Part shown: positions 21,905 through 31,797 of the stretch, one piece after another
How the letters are laid out: each line of letters starts with the position of its first letter
Numbering within the stretch: the stretch's first letter is position 1
Virus record (IMG/VR): IMGVR_UViG_3300011005_000048
Location: 99,401-163,400 of that record
Reading direction: 5' to 3' (one strand)
DNA length: 64,000 nt
From: a virus
Program-made: the position numbers and the translations under genes
The notes under the pieces: generated by a model
What the model was told of the DNA's origin: nothing
The model's input: the letters and a program-made list of their open reading frames with translations, nothing else
Database searches by the model: none

Positions 21905-22846
21905 TGTCGTTTAAAAAACGAATTAACAACAACTGGTAAAGATGGTAAACAAGAATATGTTAATAGTTTTGGTGTAGGTGGTATTTCAATTGGTTCTCAT
22001 CGAGTTGTTGCATTAAATCTTCCTCAAATTGCATATATTGCTAAATATTCAGATAAAAATGATTGGCAAGCATTTTTTAATATTCTTGAATCAAGAATTA
22101 AAGTTGCACAAGATATATTAGATATTCATAAAGAATTATTAGCAAGATTAATTAAAAATGGTAATTTACCAATGTATACATTTGGTGTTATGGATTTAAA
22201 TAAACAATATTCAACACTTGGTTTTATTGGTTTATATGAATGCCTTGAAATCATGGGTCTTGATATTCGTACAGAAGAAGGATTAGAACAAGGTAAGAAA
22301 ATTTTAGGTGTTTTTAATAAACTTAATGCTGAAAGAAGTGCTAAAGATGGTAGAATTAGAAATCTTGAACAAATTCCAGGTGAATCTGCTGCAGTTACTT
22401 TCTGTTTAAAAGATAAATTACAATTTGCAAATACAAATGATTATGATTTATATGCAAATCAATATTTACCATTAATTAAAGAAGCATTATTAACTGATAG
22501 AATTAGATTACAAGGTGAATTTGATAAAGGTACTTCAGGTGGTGCTATATTACACGCTGATTTTGATCAAGAAATTAGTAAAGAACAAATTAAAGGTATT
22601 TTAAATAGTTTTGCAAAAAACGGTGTAATTTATGGTGCTATTGATGATGCACAAATTCAATGTAAAAATTGTGGTAAAGTAACTGTCGGACCACCAAATA
22701 CTACAGAATCACCTTGTTGTAAATCACCTGTTGAAATCTGGATGAGAGTTGTTGGATTTAAAACACCTAAACGCTCATATAATAAAGTTCGAAGAACTAA
22801 AGATTTACCAAGAAGATTTTGCTATCAAGATGGCCCAATGAGTTAA
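21788..22846 (+). CDS. nrdD: Anaerobic ribonucleotide reductase C-terminal extein fused to Int-C
   Basis: 'CRLKNELTTTGKDGKQEYVNSFGVGGISIGSHRVVALNLPQIAYIA', 'CKNCGK...CCKSP' zinc site, 'RVVGFKTP' candidate glycyl-radical region. Confidence 0.85.
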   Translation: MIKFKKIVRITKQIATDFVYCLDVGKNHNFNVNGINVNNCRLKNELTTTGKDGKQEYVNSFGVGGISIGSHRVVALNLPQIAYIAKYSDKNDWQAFFNILESRIKVAQDILDIHKELLARLIKNGNLPMYTFGVMDLNKQYSTLGFIGLYECLEIMGLDIRTEEGLEQGKKILGVFNKLNAERSAKDGRIRNLEQIPGESAAVTFCLKDKLQFANTNDYDLYANQYLPLIKEALLTDRIRLQGEFDKGTSGGAILHADFDQEISKEQIKGILNSFAKNGVIYGAIDDAQIQCKNCGKVTVGPPNTTESPCCKSPVEIWMRVVGFKTPKRSYNKVRRTKDLPRRFCYQDGPMS

Positions 22847-22873
22847 TTTATATTTTAAAAATAGAGTAATAAA

Positions 22874-23824
22874 ATGTTAAATAAGTTTAACAACTTATAT
22901 ACAGATATTTTGAATGATGTTGAATTAAATGGAAGATTATTTTATGAATCTTCCAATGGTTCAATTGACAAACCTAATTTTTCAAAAATTCAATATATTA
23001 ATATTTCTATGGCTAAAGAATTTTATGAAATTAGTATACCAATAAAAGATAATAATATTATCAATGAAGCACATAAAGATGCTGAATTTTCAAGTAAATT
23101 AATTAATAAAATTTATAATGCACAAAATTTTGACAAAATTGAACATTTTGATATATATCAAGATTTTCAAGATAAAAAACAAATACCAATTTATATATTT
23201 AAATTTGATTTTTCTAATCCAACTGAAATTGTTAATATATTTAGATCATTTAATATAGAATATTCATTAACAACTGGAACACTTAAAGAAAAACAAGATA
23301 ATGAAATAAATTATTTTAAATCATTATACCAAAATTGTGATGGAGTATTCACATATGTTGAAACTTGTGCATTTATAATATTAAATATTAAAACATTTAC
23401 AAAAACAACAATTCAACATGAATTATTTCATTATGTTCAAAATGTTTCAAATAAAAACAATGATATTATTAAATTTAATGAAAATCTTGATATAAATGAA
23501 TTACAATTAAATAATGAACAGTTAAGATATTTATTTGATTTTAATGAATTTGAAACACATATTAAAGTTGATTTAATTAATCAATTAACTGAACTTTTTT
23601 ATAAAAAATATAAAAATAAGTTTAGTAAAAAACAATTTTGTTCAAATTTTATAAGAGCTGTTCAAAAAGATCCTTTAAATGCACCAAATAATTTTTTAAC
23701 AGTTTTATCAAATTTAAAAAATAATGATAATACATCATTAAGATTATTTGCTGCCTGTTTTATAATAAAAAATAAAAAATTTTTAAATAAAGCCATAGAA
23801 TGGTTAAACGATACATTTAAATGA
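22874..23824 (+). CDS. Putative HExxH metallopeptidase-like accessory protein
   Basis: 'FTKTTIQHELFHYVQNVSNKNN'; leader MLNKFNNLYTDILND. Confidence 0.5.
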   Translation: MLNKFNNLYTDILNDVELNGRLFYESSNGSIDKPNFSKIQYINISMAKEFYEISIPIKDNNIINEAHKDAEFSSKLINKIYNAQNFDKIEHFDIYQDFQDKKQIPIYIFKFDFSNPTEIVNIFRSFNIEYSLTTGTLKEKQDNEINYFKSLYQNCDGVFTYVETCAFIILNIKTFTKTTIQHELFHYVQNVSNKNNDIIKFNENLDINELQLNNEQLRYLFDFNEFETHIKVDLINQLTELFYKKYKNKFSKKQFCSNFIRAVQKDPLNAPNNFLTVLSNLKNNDNTSLRLFAACFIIKNKKFLNKAIEWLNDTFK

Positions 23825-24081
23825 GGTATAAATAAAATGAATTGGAACTTATTACACCAGTTAAAGCTTAGAATAAAATAAGAAGAACAAAAGATTTTCC
23901 AAGAAGATATTTATACAGTGATACATCATAAGTTAAACATTAATTTATAATACATAATTATTTAAGGGATAAAATTAATATTTTATCCCTTTTTAAATAA
24001 ATATTATTAATTAATTAAGAGTTTTTAATTATGCAAAAACGTAAATTTGATATATTTATATTAGATGTGAGAATGAATTAA

Positions 24082-24504
24082 ATGAAAACTGATTATGATA
24101 TTATTTTAGAAAGTATTACAAATAATCCATATGAATTTTTTAAAGAATTTTTTGCTAAATACATTTTAAGAATAATTGAGACTAAAACAATACTTTTAAA
24201 ACAAAAAGAATTTGAAGATATTTCATTTATAGATAATGAATATGGATTTAATGGTACACATTTATTTACACTTAAATATGAAACTTATACAATTAATTTT
24301 GTTTTAGAAGAAGGTAATCTTCATATTTATGGAGAAAGCTATCCAGATAATTCAAATAATATTGAAATAAAAGAAATTAAAGAAAAAGTTGAATGGTTTA
24401 AAATAGAAAATATTTTTAGTGCAGGATGGGATGATTCTTTAATAGATAAAGTTTTCTTAGTACAAGATAAATGCATTAAATTATTTGGTGGTTCTATTGA
24501 ATAG
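24082..24504 (+). CDS. Hypothetical protein with leader MKTDYDIILESI
   Basis: 140 aa ORF. Confidence 0.5.
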   Translation: MKTDYDIILESITNNPYEFFKEFFAKYILRIIETKTILLKQKEFEDISFIDNEYGFNGTHLFTLKYETYTINFVLEEGNLHIYGESYPDNSNNIEIKEIKEKVEWFKIENIFSAGWDDSLIDKVFLVQDKCIKLFGGSIE

Positions 24505-24505
24505 A

Positions 24506-24545
24506 AAAATAAAGCCAACTTTTAAGTTGGCTTTTTATTTTTTAA
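24506..24545 (+). terminator. Bidirectional intrinsic terminator
   Basis: AAATAAAGCCAACTTTTTAAGTTGGCTTTTTATTTTTT between convergent genes. Confidence 0.7.
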
Positions 24546-24997
24546 ATATTTAATTCTTTAACTATTTTAGCAGCAATTGCCATATTAATATTTGGATTAG
24601 ATTTTAATTCTCTCATTAACATACCTTGATTTGGTTTATTAACCTGTTTTTTTATATTTTCCCAAGTAATTAAAATAAAATCTTTAGTTTCTTCTTCTGA
24701 AAGTTGTTTAGGCATTTCTTTTTCAACTTCAGCTAATAATTGTTTAATAGCTGATAATTCATCTTTTTCTTTCATAGCTAAATCAAAACGATTTTGGCTA
24801 ACATAAATTACTTTACTATCTTCTCGCTCCTTTTCCATTTTCTTTAGAAATTTATATTGAGTTTCAACTGTAACCTTTTCAGTTTTTGCCAATATTGTTA
24901 ATTTAGTTTTAAGTTCTCTTAAAACAACTAAATATGCTTCTTTATTTGGAAATTGTCTCTTCATAGTTTCAACTAAAAGTTTTGCCACATCTAACAT
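24542..24997 (-). CDS. Hypothetical phage protein
   Basis: 151 aa intact ORF. Confidence 0.5.
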   Translation of the reverse strand: MLDVAKLLVETMKRQFPNKEAYLVVLRELKTKLTILAKTEKVTVETQYKFLKKMEKEREDSKVIYVSQNRFDLAMKEKDELSAIKQLLAEVEKEMPKQLSEEETKDFILITWENIKKQVNKPNQGMLMRELKSNPNINMAIAAKIVKELNI

Positions 24998-24999
24998 AA

Positions 25000-25444
25000 T
25001 TAAATCTCCTTTGTAATTAATCCTCTTTCTTCAATACATTTATCACAAACTCTACTTATCCATCCAACTGTTGTTTTTGTTGCAGGTTTACCACAGAAAC
25101 AACAAATATTCCAACTTTCTTTTTCTGCTTCATCAATTAAATCTTGTACTTGTTTACTTAATTCAGAAATATTAATGTTATTATTTGAATTATTAATTAT
25201 ATCATAATAAAATCTTAAACTTCCAAATTTTTCTTTAACTTGGACTGCTTGAATTTCTATATTTTTATCTTTTAATTTTTGATTTAACTTTTCTAATTTT
25301 TCAGATAATTTATATATAAGATTATACCAAGTATCAGGTATTTCAAATCCGCCAACACATACAAGTTTGTTGCATATTTAAATTATGCTGTTGATATAAA
25401 ATTGGTGCAATTTTATATAATTGTTGTTCTAATATTTCTTTCAT
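25000..25444 (-). CDS. Conserved-looking phage protein with Cys pairs, one CGG +1 site
   Basis: Not in the ORF track. ATG 25442-25444; MKEILEQQLYKIAPILYQQHNLNMQQTCMCW then CGG 25349-25351; +1 gives GFEIPDTWYNLIYKLSEKLEKLNQKL...VKEKFGSLRFYYD...CCFCGKPATKTTVGWISRVCDKCIEERGLITKEI*. Confidence 0.72.
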
Positions 25445-25601
25445 ATAATTATTCCTTTTAATTATTCTATATTATTAAAATAATATTTTTATTTAAAAAA
25501 TAAACGGTTCAAATGTCTGACATTTTTTAATAAATAATAATAAACGAAAAAAGTTTATATAACAAATATAAATTATTTAAATAATTAGGAGTTGTAAATA
25601 A

Positions 25602-28600
25602 ATGAATGCAAGAACAATACAACATCCAGGAATAGAAATCAATGAGATTGATATGACTGAATATAGAGATACAGTAACTACTAATAACGCATATGTTATT
25701 GGTTTTGCTGATCGCGGTCCAATCTATGATTATTCTTGGATTACAACACGTAGTGAATTTATTAATTTATATGGTGAACCTCAAAATGAGGCCGAAAAAT
25801 ATTTATATTATGCTGTTCAAAGCATATTAAATAATGGTGGTACTCCTATTGTAGCTCGTATGCCATATGATAATAAACAAGGCAAAGCCTATAAAGGTTT
25901 GAAAATTAAATATGCTTCTTATAAAAAAGATAGTAATGCTGATGGTGGTTATATAGTATATGATTGGAATAATGATCAATCATTTTCAAGAGATGCTATT
26001 CCATTAGTAAGTTTAACTGAAGTTGGAAGTTATATTAATCCTAATGGTTTTAATACAGTTTATGAAACATTAAAATCACAAACTGTAAAATTAATTAATT
26101 ATCCAACTAATAGTTATGATTCTGAGGAAAAGGTTGAATATAATTCTTTATCACCAGAAGATATTGGTAAATTAACTTATAGCGATTTATTATTAAATTT
26201 AGCTCCACAGTTAGGTGTAGAAAAATATTTTGATACATTATCATCAGATGATCCAGAAGTTATATTATATAAAGAAATAAATAATGCTATTTCTGAAATA
26301 GATAGTATTAATGCTTTCATAAATGTTAATGTTCACCCAAAAGAATTAAAAACTGTTAGTGGAATTACAACATTAAATGCTTTTGGTAGTTTAACCGGAA
26401 GTTTAGATACTATATATGATTGTATTCTTGGAAATAAAGGTAAAACTGATGAAATGTTAAAAAAATATGACATTTTTGAAGCTAAACTTAATGTTGGAAC
26501 TGCTTCTTCTCCAGTTTTAAGCGGTCTTAAAGAAATATTTGATTTTTATATTTCTATAGATCCAATATTACAAATGACTGAAAAGCTAATAGATGGTGAT
26601 AATGCTCTTAAAAAATTCTTTAAACAATATACTCCACAACAAATAACATTGTTATTAGGTGAAAAATTAAAGGATTTAAGAGAAAAAGTTCTTAAGATTA
26701 ATACTGTTGAAGGTCAAAGCTTAACTAGTTATGATTCAGCAAAATCAGAAATTGGTTTATTAAGAATATATTTAAATGCTGAAAAAGCACCTCATGATAA
26801 AACAGTTGGTGGTGTATATAATTTATTAACTACTCCATCTACATCTGTTATGTTTAAACACATATTAGATGCTAAAATTTATGATGATGATGGAAAAGAT
26901 CCTTCAGGAAATTATTTTACTTTAGATAAAGTATTAGGTGCTTATGATCCTACAATACCAATGTCTACAGCAGTTGAAGTTCCATCAAGTGTTGATAATG
27001 ATTGGAGTCAAGAATGTTTTAAAAATAGTTATGGCAATGTAATACAAACTTATGGAACATCATTTAGACCTGATATTTGGTTAGATATATTTACTTTAGA
27101 ATATTCTGATTCAGCAATGAATTCAACTACTGGAATGTTTAGGAGTTTATTGATTAACGATAAATATCCAAGTGGCTTAGCAATACCAGAAAATGTAATA
27201 ATAAATTATGTTTCAGGTTTAATGGCATTACCAAGTGCTGTATTAGAAGCAGAAATTTCAACTATTACTGGTTGTACACCAGCACCAAGTGGTGATCAAG
27301 CTGAACAAAAAGCTATAGATGAAGTATTAACACTTATATATAATGATCCATATTTTAAACAATTTGATGGCAGTATAAAAGGTCAAGCTATAGTTGATGC
27401 TCATTTATTAACTTCAGACGAAATCAATTATCAAAATGTAGTATATCTTGATAGTAAAGAATGTGATATTAGTAATGAACAATATGATGATTTAGTAACT
27501 ACTAATAACTTTACTAAAGCTGATATGAGTGTTAATAAATATGGTGAAGATATTGATAATGCAAACTTTGTAATTATTGATAAACATAAAACTATTGTTG
27601 ATGGAACTGGAAGTAATGAAGGTTATTTTATTACTTTAATAGATCCTTATGATGCTTTAAAAAATCAACGATTACTAGTTAATCCATGTGAAGCATTTGA
27701 ACAAAATTCAATGGTAACTAATTCATATAAAAATACATTAAATTATTATGCTGATCAAAGCAAATATAACTGGAAAGTAATGTTCAAAAATGAAATTAAT
27801 ACAATGAACACTTTACAAAGAGTTAAAAATGCTGATGGTATATGGGTTGGTGAAGTTAATCAAACACCTGGTAAAGAACAAGTACTTGATAGTTGGAGTG
27901 TTCCATTAACTGGTAATTATTATGATGAATCTATATCAAAAACATTAATGAATATGTTCCCACAAATTCCATTAACTGATGTAGCTTCTAATGCCTCTTC
28001 AGATAATCCATTATGTACAATAGATAAGCAATATAGCTCACATATAGTTGTAGCTGTTTGTAAGACTGTTGTAAATCCAAGTGATGGAAAAATAACTATA
28101 TCAATACTTGAACAATTCTTTGGATCATTATTTGATGAAAAGAATATTCAAAATGGTAGAGATTTATACATTGGTAATATAATTAATGCTAATAGTAATT
28201 ATATAGAATTCTATCGTAACAATTATATTAAACCAGAATTTGGATCTGGATATGATCCAGAACCTTATAATAAAACTGCTGTACCACAATTCTTTATTAA
28301 AGATAGTATTCAGTTAAATAATGCTTGTAAGATGGTTGGTATAGATCCAGATATCTATGATATAGAAAATATTTACTTTGATAAAGATGGTAACAGATTA
28401 CCAAGTTGTCCTGCATTAATTGTTAAACCATATACAAAATATATTGAAGATTTAGCTAAATCAAATATCTTTATCTTTAATAAGAAAACAACAATATTTT
28501 ATAATAACCATCCAGAAGCTGAATTTACTTCTTTCTCAAAGAAAGAATCACAGAAAATTATAGCTAATACCACTGGATTATTTGGTCAAGAAGCAGGTAC

Positions 28601-29666
28601 AACAGCTAATATTGGTGATAACTTTATTATTGATATGGATCGTTGCATAAGCTTTATAAAGAATATTGATGATATTCCAATATATTTTGTTGCTGATGCT
28701 GGTCTTTCAACAATTGCACAATTCTGTGATAATGTTGTATGGGATCAAACTGCAATGAAATGGGTAACTCAAAATTTCGATCCAGATAATGATCCAGATA
28801 GTGAAGATCGTTATATTACCGATTATAGTGATGTATCTACTTGGAGAAAGGTTGTTGATAAATTAGATCAAATCTCAAGAGAAATTCGTAGAGATTGTAT
28901 GACAATCATTGATGCTCCTCGTCAATTAACACTTGATGGTGCTGCACCTAAGATTCGTAGATCTAGACCTCAAAATACTTGGGATGATATGGTTGGAACT
29001 AAACTGAGATTTATTAGTGGTATTAATAGTAGTTATTGTGCTGGTTATTATAACTGGTTAAGAACAACTGATGATTTCAGTGGTAAATCATTCTGGTTAC
29101 CACCAACTTGTAAGATCATTGGTAACTATATGTATCTTAATATAGTAAATCTTCCTTGGTTAGCTCCAGCTGGATTAAGTTATGGTGTAATTAATGGAAT
29201 TCATGGTATTTCACATAACCCATCACCAAATGAAGAAGATCAAATCTATCTTAAATCTTGGAACTATATTAAACAATATCCATTTGATGGATTTATCATT
29301 GAAGGTCAAAAAACTACATTAACAAAGAATAGTGCATTTAATAGAATTAATGTTAGAACATTATTCTTAGATCTTGAACGATTTGTATATAATGTAGCAC
29401 GTAACTTCAAATATCAAGTTAATAATAGTTATACACGTGAACAATTTGTTCAAACTATTAAACCTAAGTTTGAAGATTATATGATTCGTGGTGGTCTTTA
29501 TGATTACTTAATCAAATGCGATGATACAAATAATACACCAGAAACAATTGATGCAAATGAATTACGTTGCGCAATTTATCTGAAACCTGCACGCCTTATA
29601 GAGTTTATCATGATTGATATGGTCGCTGCAAAGACGTCAGCTAATTTAGAGGAAATTGTTCTTTAA
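25602..29666 (+). CDS. Contractile tail sheath protein (T4 gp18-like, enlarged to 1354 aa)
   Basis: N-term 'HPGIEINEIDMTEYRDTVTTNNAYVIGFADRGP'; C-term 'NNTPETIDANELRCAIYLKPARLIEFIMIDMVAAKTSANLEEIV'. Confidence 0.92.
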   Translation: MNARTIQHPGIEINEIDMTEYRDTVTTNNAYVIGFADRGPIYDYSWITTRSEFINLYGEPQNEAEKYLYYAVQSILNNGGTPIVARMPYDNKQGKAYKGLKIKYASYKKDSNADGGYIVYDWNNDQSFSRDAIPLVSLTEVGSYINPNGFNTVYETLKSQTVKLINYPTNSYDSEEKVEYNSLSPEDIGKLTYSDLLLNLAPQLGVEKYFDTLSSDDPEVILYKEINNAISEIDSINAFINVNVHPKELKTVSGITTLNAFGSLTGSLDTIYDCILGNKGKTDEMLKKYDIFEAKLNVGTASSPVLSGLKEIFDFYISIDPILQMTEKLIDGDNALKKFFKQYTPQQITLLLGEKLKDLREKVLKINTVEGQSLTSYDSAKSEIGLLRIYLNAEKAPHDKTVGGVYNLLTTPSTSVMFKHILDAKIYDDDGKDPSGNYFTLDKVLGAYDPTIPMSTAVEVPSSVDNDWSQECFKNSYGNVIQTYGTSFRPDIWLDIFTLEYSDSAMNSTTGMFRSLLINDKYPSGLAIPENVIINYVSGLMALPSAVLEAEISTITGCTPAPSGDQAEQKAIDEVLTLIYNDPYFKQFDGSIKGQAIVDAHLLTSDEINYQNVVYLDSKECDISNEQYDDLVTTNNFTKADMSVNKYGEDIDNANFVIIDKHKTIVDGTGSNEGYFITLIDPYDALKNQRLLVNPCEAFEQNSMVTNSYKNTLNYYADQSKYNWKVMFKNEINTMNTLQRVKNADGIWVGEVNQTPGKEQVLDSWSVPLTGNYYDESISKTLMNMFPQIPLTDVASNASSDNPLCTIDKQYSSHIVVAVCKTVVNPSDGKITISILEQFFGSLFDEKNIQNGRDLYIGNIINANSNYIEFYRNNYIKPEFGSGYDPEPYNKTAVPQFFIKDSIQLNNACKMVGIDPDIYDIENIYFDKDGNRLPSCPALIVKPYTKYIEDLAKSNIFIFNKKTTIFYNNHPEAEFTSFSKKESQKIIANTTGLFGQEAGTTANIGDNFIIDMDRCISFIKNIDDIPIYFVADAGLSTIAQFCDNVVWDQTAMKWVTQNFDPDNDPDSEDRYITDYSDVSTWRKVVDKLDQISREIRRDCMTIIDAPRQLTLDGAAPKIRRSRPQNTWDDMVGTKLRFISGINSSYCAGYYNWLRTTDDFSGKSFWLPPTCKIIGNYMYLNIVNLPWLAPAGLSYGVINGIHGISHNPSPNEEDQIYLKSWNYIKQYPFDGFIIEGQKTTLTKNSAFNRINVRTLFLDLERFVYNVARNFKYQVNNSYTREQFVQTIKPKFEDYMIRGGLYDYLIKCDDTNNTPETIDANELRCAIYLKPARLIEFIMIDMVAAKTSANLEEIVL

Positions 29667-29694
29667 TAATTAAAGATAACAATTAAAAATTATA

Positions 29695-29732
29695 TTAAAC
29701 TCATCTAATTAGTTAGATGAGTTTTTTTATTT
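29695..29732 (+). terminator. Intrinsic terminator after the sheath gene
   Basis: TAAACTCATCTAATTAGTTAGATGAGTTTTTTT. Confidence 0.8.
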
Positions 29733-29736
29733 TTTA

Positions 29737-30744
29737 TTGGAGAAATATATGAATACTTTATTTATATTAAGATGTCCATTAGGTGATTGTGTAATAACAA
29801 GCTGTTTATTAAAAGATTATAAAGAACAATATCCTAATGAGACATTATATGTATTATCAAACGAACATTTTATGGATTTATTTAAAAATAATACATATTT
29901 TAATATATATGATAAAAACTTAAAATATGATAAAATATATGATTATGAATTACATGCATTTGATACAGGTGAACAATCAGTACTTAAAAATCATTTGTTA
30001 TCAATTGGAGAAATGACATTACAAGATACACCATATTTTTATTTTAAACGAATATTTAATGTATCAATTACACATAATACAAAAATTCCATGTATAAATT
30101 TAGTGGATGAACAAAAAGAAAAAATTAATTCTGACAAACCAATTTGTTTAATAAATCCAATAGGAATATTTTTTAATTTTGATTGTAGATATTTTGGATT
30201 TCATAGAATGCAACAAATAGTTAATGATTTTAAAGATAAAATAAATTTTATAGCTATTGGTAACTGTACATATAATCAATTATTACAGCCAACTAAATTA
30301 CAAAATTTATATATGGATTTAATTAATAAAACTACAGTATTTGAATTACTTAAATACATTTATAATGCAGATATTGTATTTACTGGAGAAAGTGGAATTT
30401 GGCATATTTCAAATATACAAAGTGATAAACCACGTCATATTATAATTCCAATGGGTGCTAGATATTTAGAAAGATCAAATTCTTATTCAACTCCAAATGT
30501 GGTTATACATATGTTAACTAATGCAAATACAGAATATTATCAACAACATTGTTTAGATAAATATGAAGTTAATTGTCTTCGTTATACATTATTATCAAAT
30601 ATAAATAATCTAAAATTAGATGATGATAATCCATGTAAACGTCCTGTATTATTAAATGGTGATTTATTATCACATTGTATGGCTAATATTAGTATTGAAC
30701 AAGTAGAAAATGAAATAAATTCAATATTATTTGAAATGAAATAA
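29737..30744 (+). CDS. GT9 (heptosyltransferase-like) glycosyltransferase
   Basis: 'MNTLFILRCPLGDCVITSCLLKDYKEQYPNETLYVLSN', 'ICLINPIGI', 'IVFTGESGIWHISNI' follow the GT9 architecture. Confidence 0.6.
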   Translation: MEKYMNTLFILRCPLGDCVITSCLLKDYKEQYPNETLYVLSNEHFMDLFKNNTYFNIYDKNLKYDKIYDYELHAFDTGEQSVLKNHLLSIGEMTLQDTPYFYFKRIFNVSITHNTKIPCINLVDEQKEKINSDKPICLINPIGIFFNFDCRYFGFHRMQQIVNDFKDKINFIAIGNCTYNQLLQPTKLQNLYMDLINKTTVFELLKYIYNADIVFTGESGIWHISNIQSDKPRHIIIPMGARYLERSNSYSTPNVVIHMLTNANTEYYQQHCLDKYEVNCLRYTLLSNINNLKLDDDNPCKRPVLLNGDLLSHCMANISIEQVENEINSILFEMK

Positions 30745-30774
30745 ATAAAAAAATAAAAATTTAATATGTGTATA

Positions 30775-30815
30775 AAGTCAGTTTAATTTTATTGAAAACT
30801 GACTTTATTTTTATA
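30775..30815 (+). terminator. Intrinsic terminator
   Basis: AAAGTCAGTTTAATTTTATTGAAAACTGACTTTATTTTT. Confidence 0.65.
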
Positions 30816-30934
30816 ATTAAAAATAAAAAATCCTTATATTTTATTTAAAAAAATAAATTTAATTAAATATTTTGCAAAAAAAGTATAAATATTATTAAAA
30901 CATATATTTTTATGAAATAAAAGGATATATACAA

Positions 30935-31711
30935 ATGACTAAGAAAGAATTAAGAAGAAAGCAATCAGAATTATTGGTTGAACATATTTTAAATAAAGAT
31001 CCTATTTCTGCTAATTCTATATTTCAAAAATTAATTATGGAAGCTGAAGAGGAACGTGAACAAGAAGTCATGGATGAATTAGAATTAGATGATAATAGTG
31101 AAGATACTGCTGATGCTGAAGCAGAAGAAGTAGAAGAAGCAGATGATAATGAATTTGATACCGATGATGCTGAAAGTGTTGATGGTCTAGATTCAGAAGA
31201 AACCAATGCTAAAGTTGATGATATAATCGAAATAAATTGTCAAATAAATTCAAAGGTAATAAGTACATTATTTGATAAAATTGCTGAATTAAAAAATAAT
31301 ATTGAATCATTAAATTTAGATCCAAATTCTAGAGAATATTTAAAGTATGATGTAACAATTCAATATTATAGTGATAAATTACAAGATTTACAAACAAAAA
31401 CAAATCCAGGAATTGATCAAGCTAAAGTTGAAGAGGCATTAACAAAAATAACTACCGCATTAGAACAGCTTAGTGGTGAAATTGGCGGAACATCAGCAGA
31501 AGATGAACAAGATATATCAGATGTTGAAACACCAGAAGAAGTTAGTGCTGAAAATAATTTAGAATCTGAAGATGAAGAAGAATCTGAAGAAGAATCCGAT
31601 GAAGAGGAAGAATCTAAAGATGAAGAAGAATCTGAAGAATCTGAAGAAGAGGAAGAAACATCAGAAGAAGAATTAGAAGAAGAACCTGAAACTAAGGAAG
31701 AAACTAAGTAA
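30935..31711 (+). CDS. Highly acidic head/core protein
   Basis: C-terminal poly-Glu/Asp tract; located just upstream of the scaffold and capsid genes. Confidence 0.55.
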   Translation: MTKKELRRKQSELLVEHILNKDPISANSIFQKLIMEAEEEREQEVMDELELDDNSEDTADAEAEEVEEADDNEFDTDDAESVDGLDSEETNAKVDDIIEINCQINSKVISTLFDKIAELKNNIESLNLDPNSREYLKYDVTIQYYSDKLQDLQTKTNPGIDQAKVEEALTKITTALEQLSGEIGGTSAEDEQDISDVETPEEVSAENNLESEDEEESEEESDEEEESKDEEESEESEEEEETSEEELEEEPETKEETK

Positions 31712-31797
31712 ACAAATTATTTGTTAGTTTTTTATGTAAAATTAATAAATAAAATTAGATAAATATATAATTACATTAATAATGGAGTTAAATATAA

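Noticed and set aside
24020-24082. MQKRKFDIFILDVRMN* at about 24031 as another leader-bearing gene
   Set aside because: The reading frame stops after about 16 codons with no CGG, so it looks like a leftover or duplicated leader upstream of 24082 rather than a gene.
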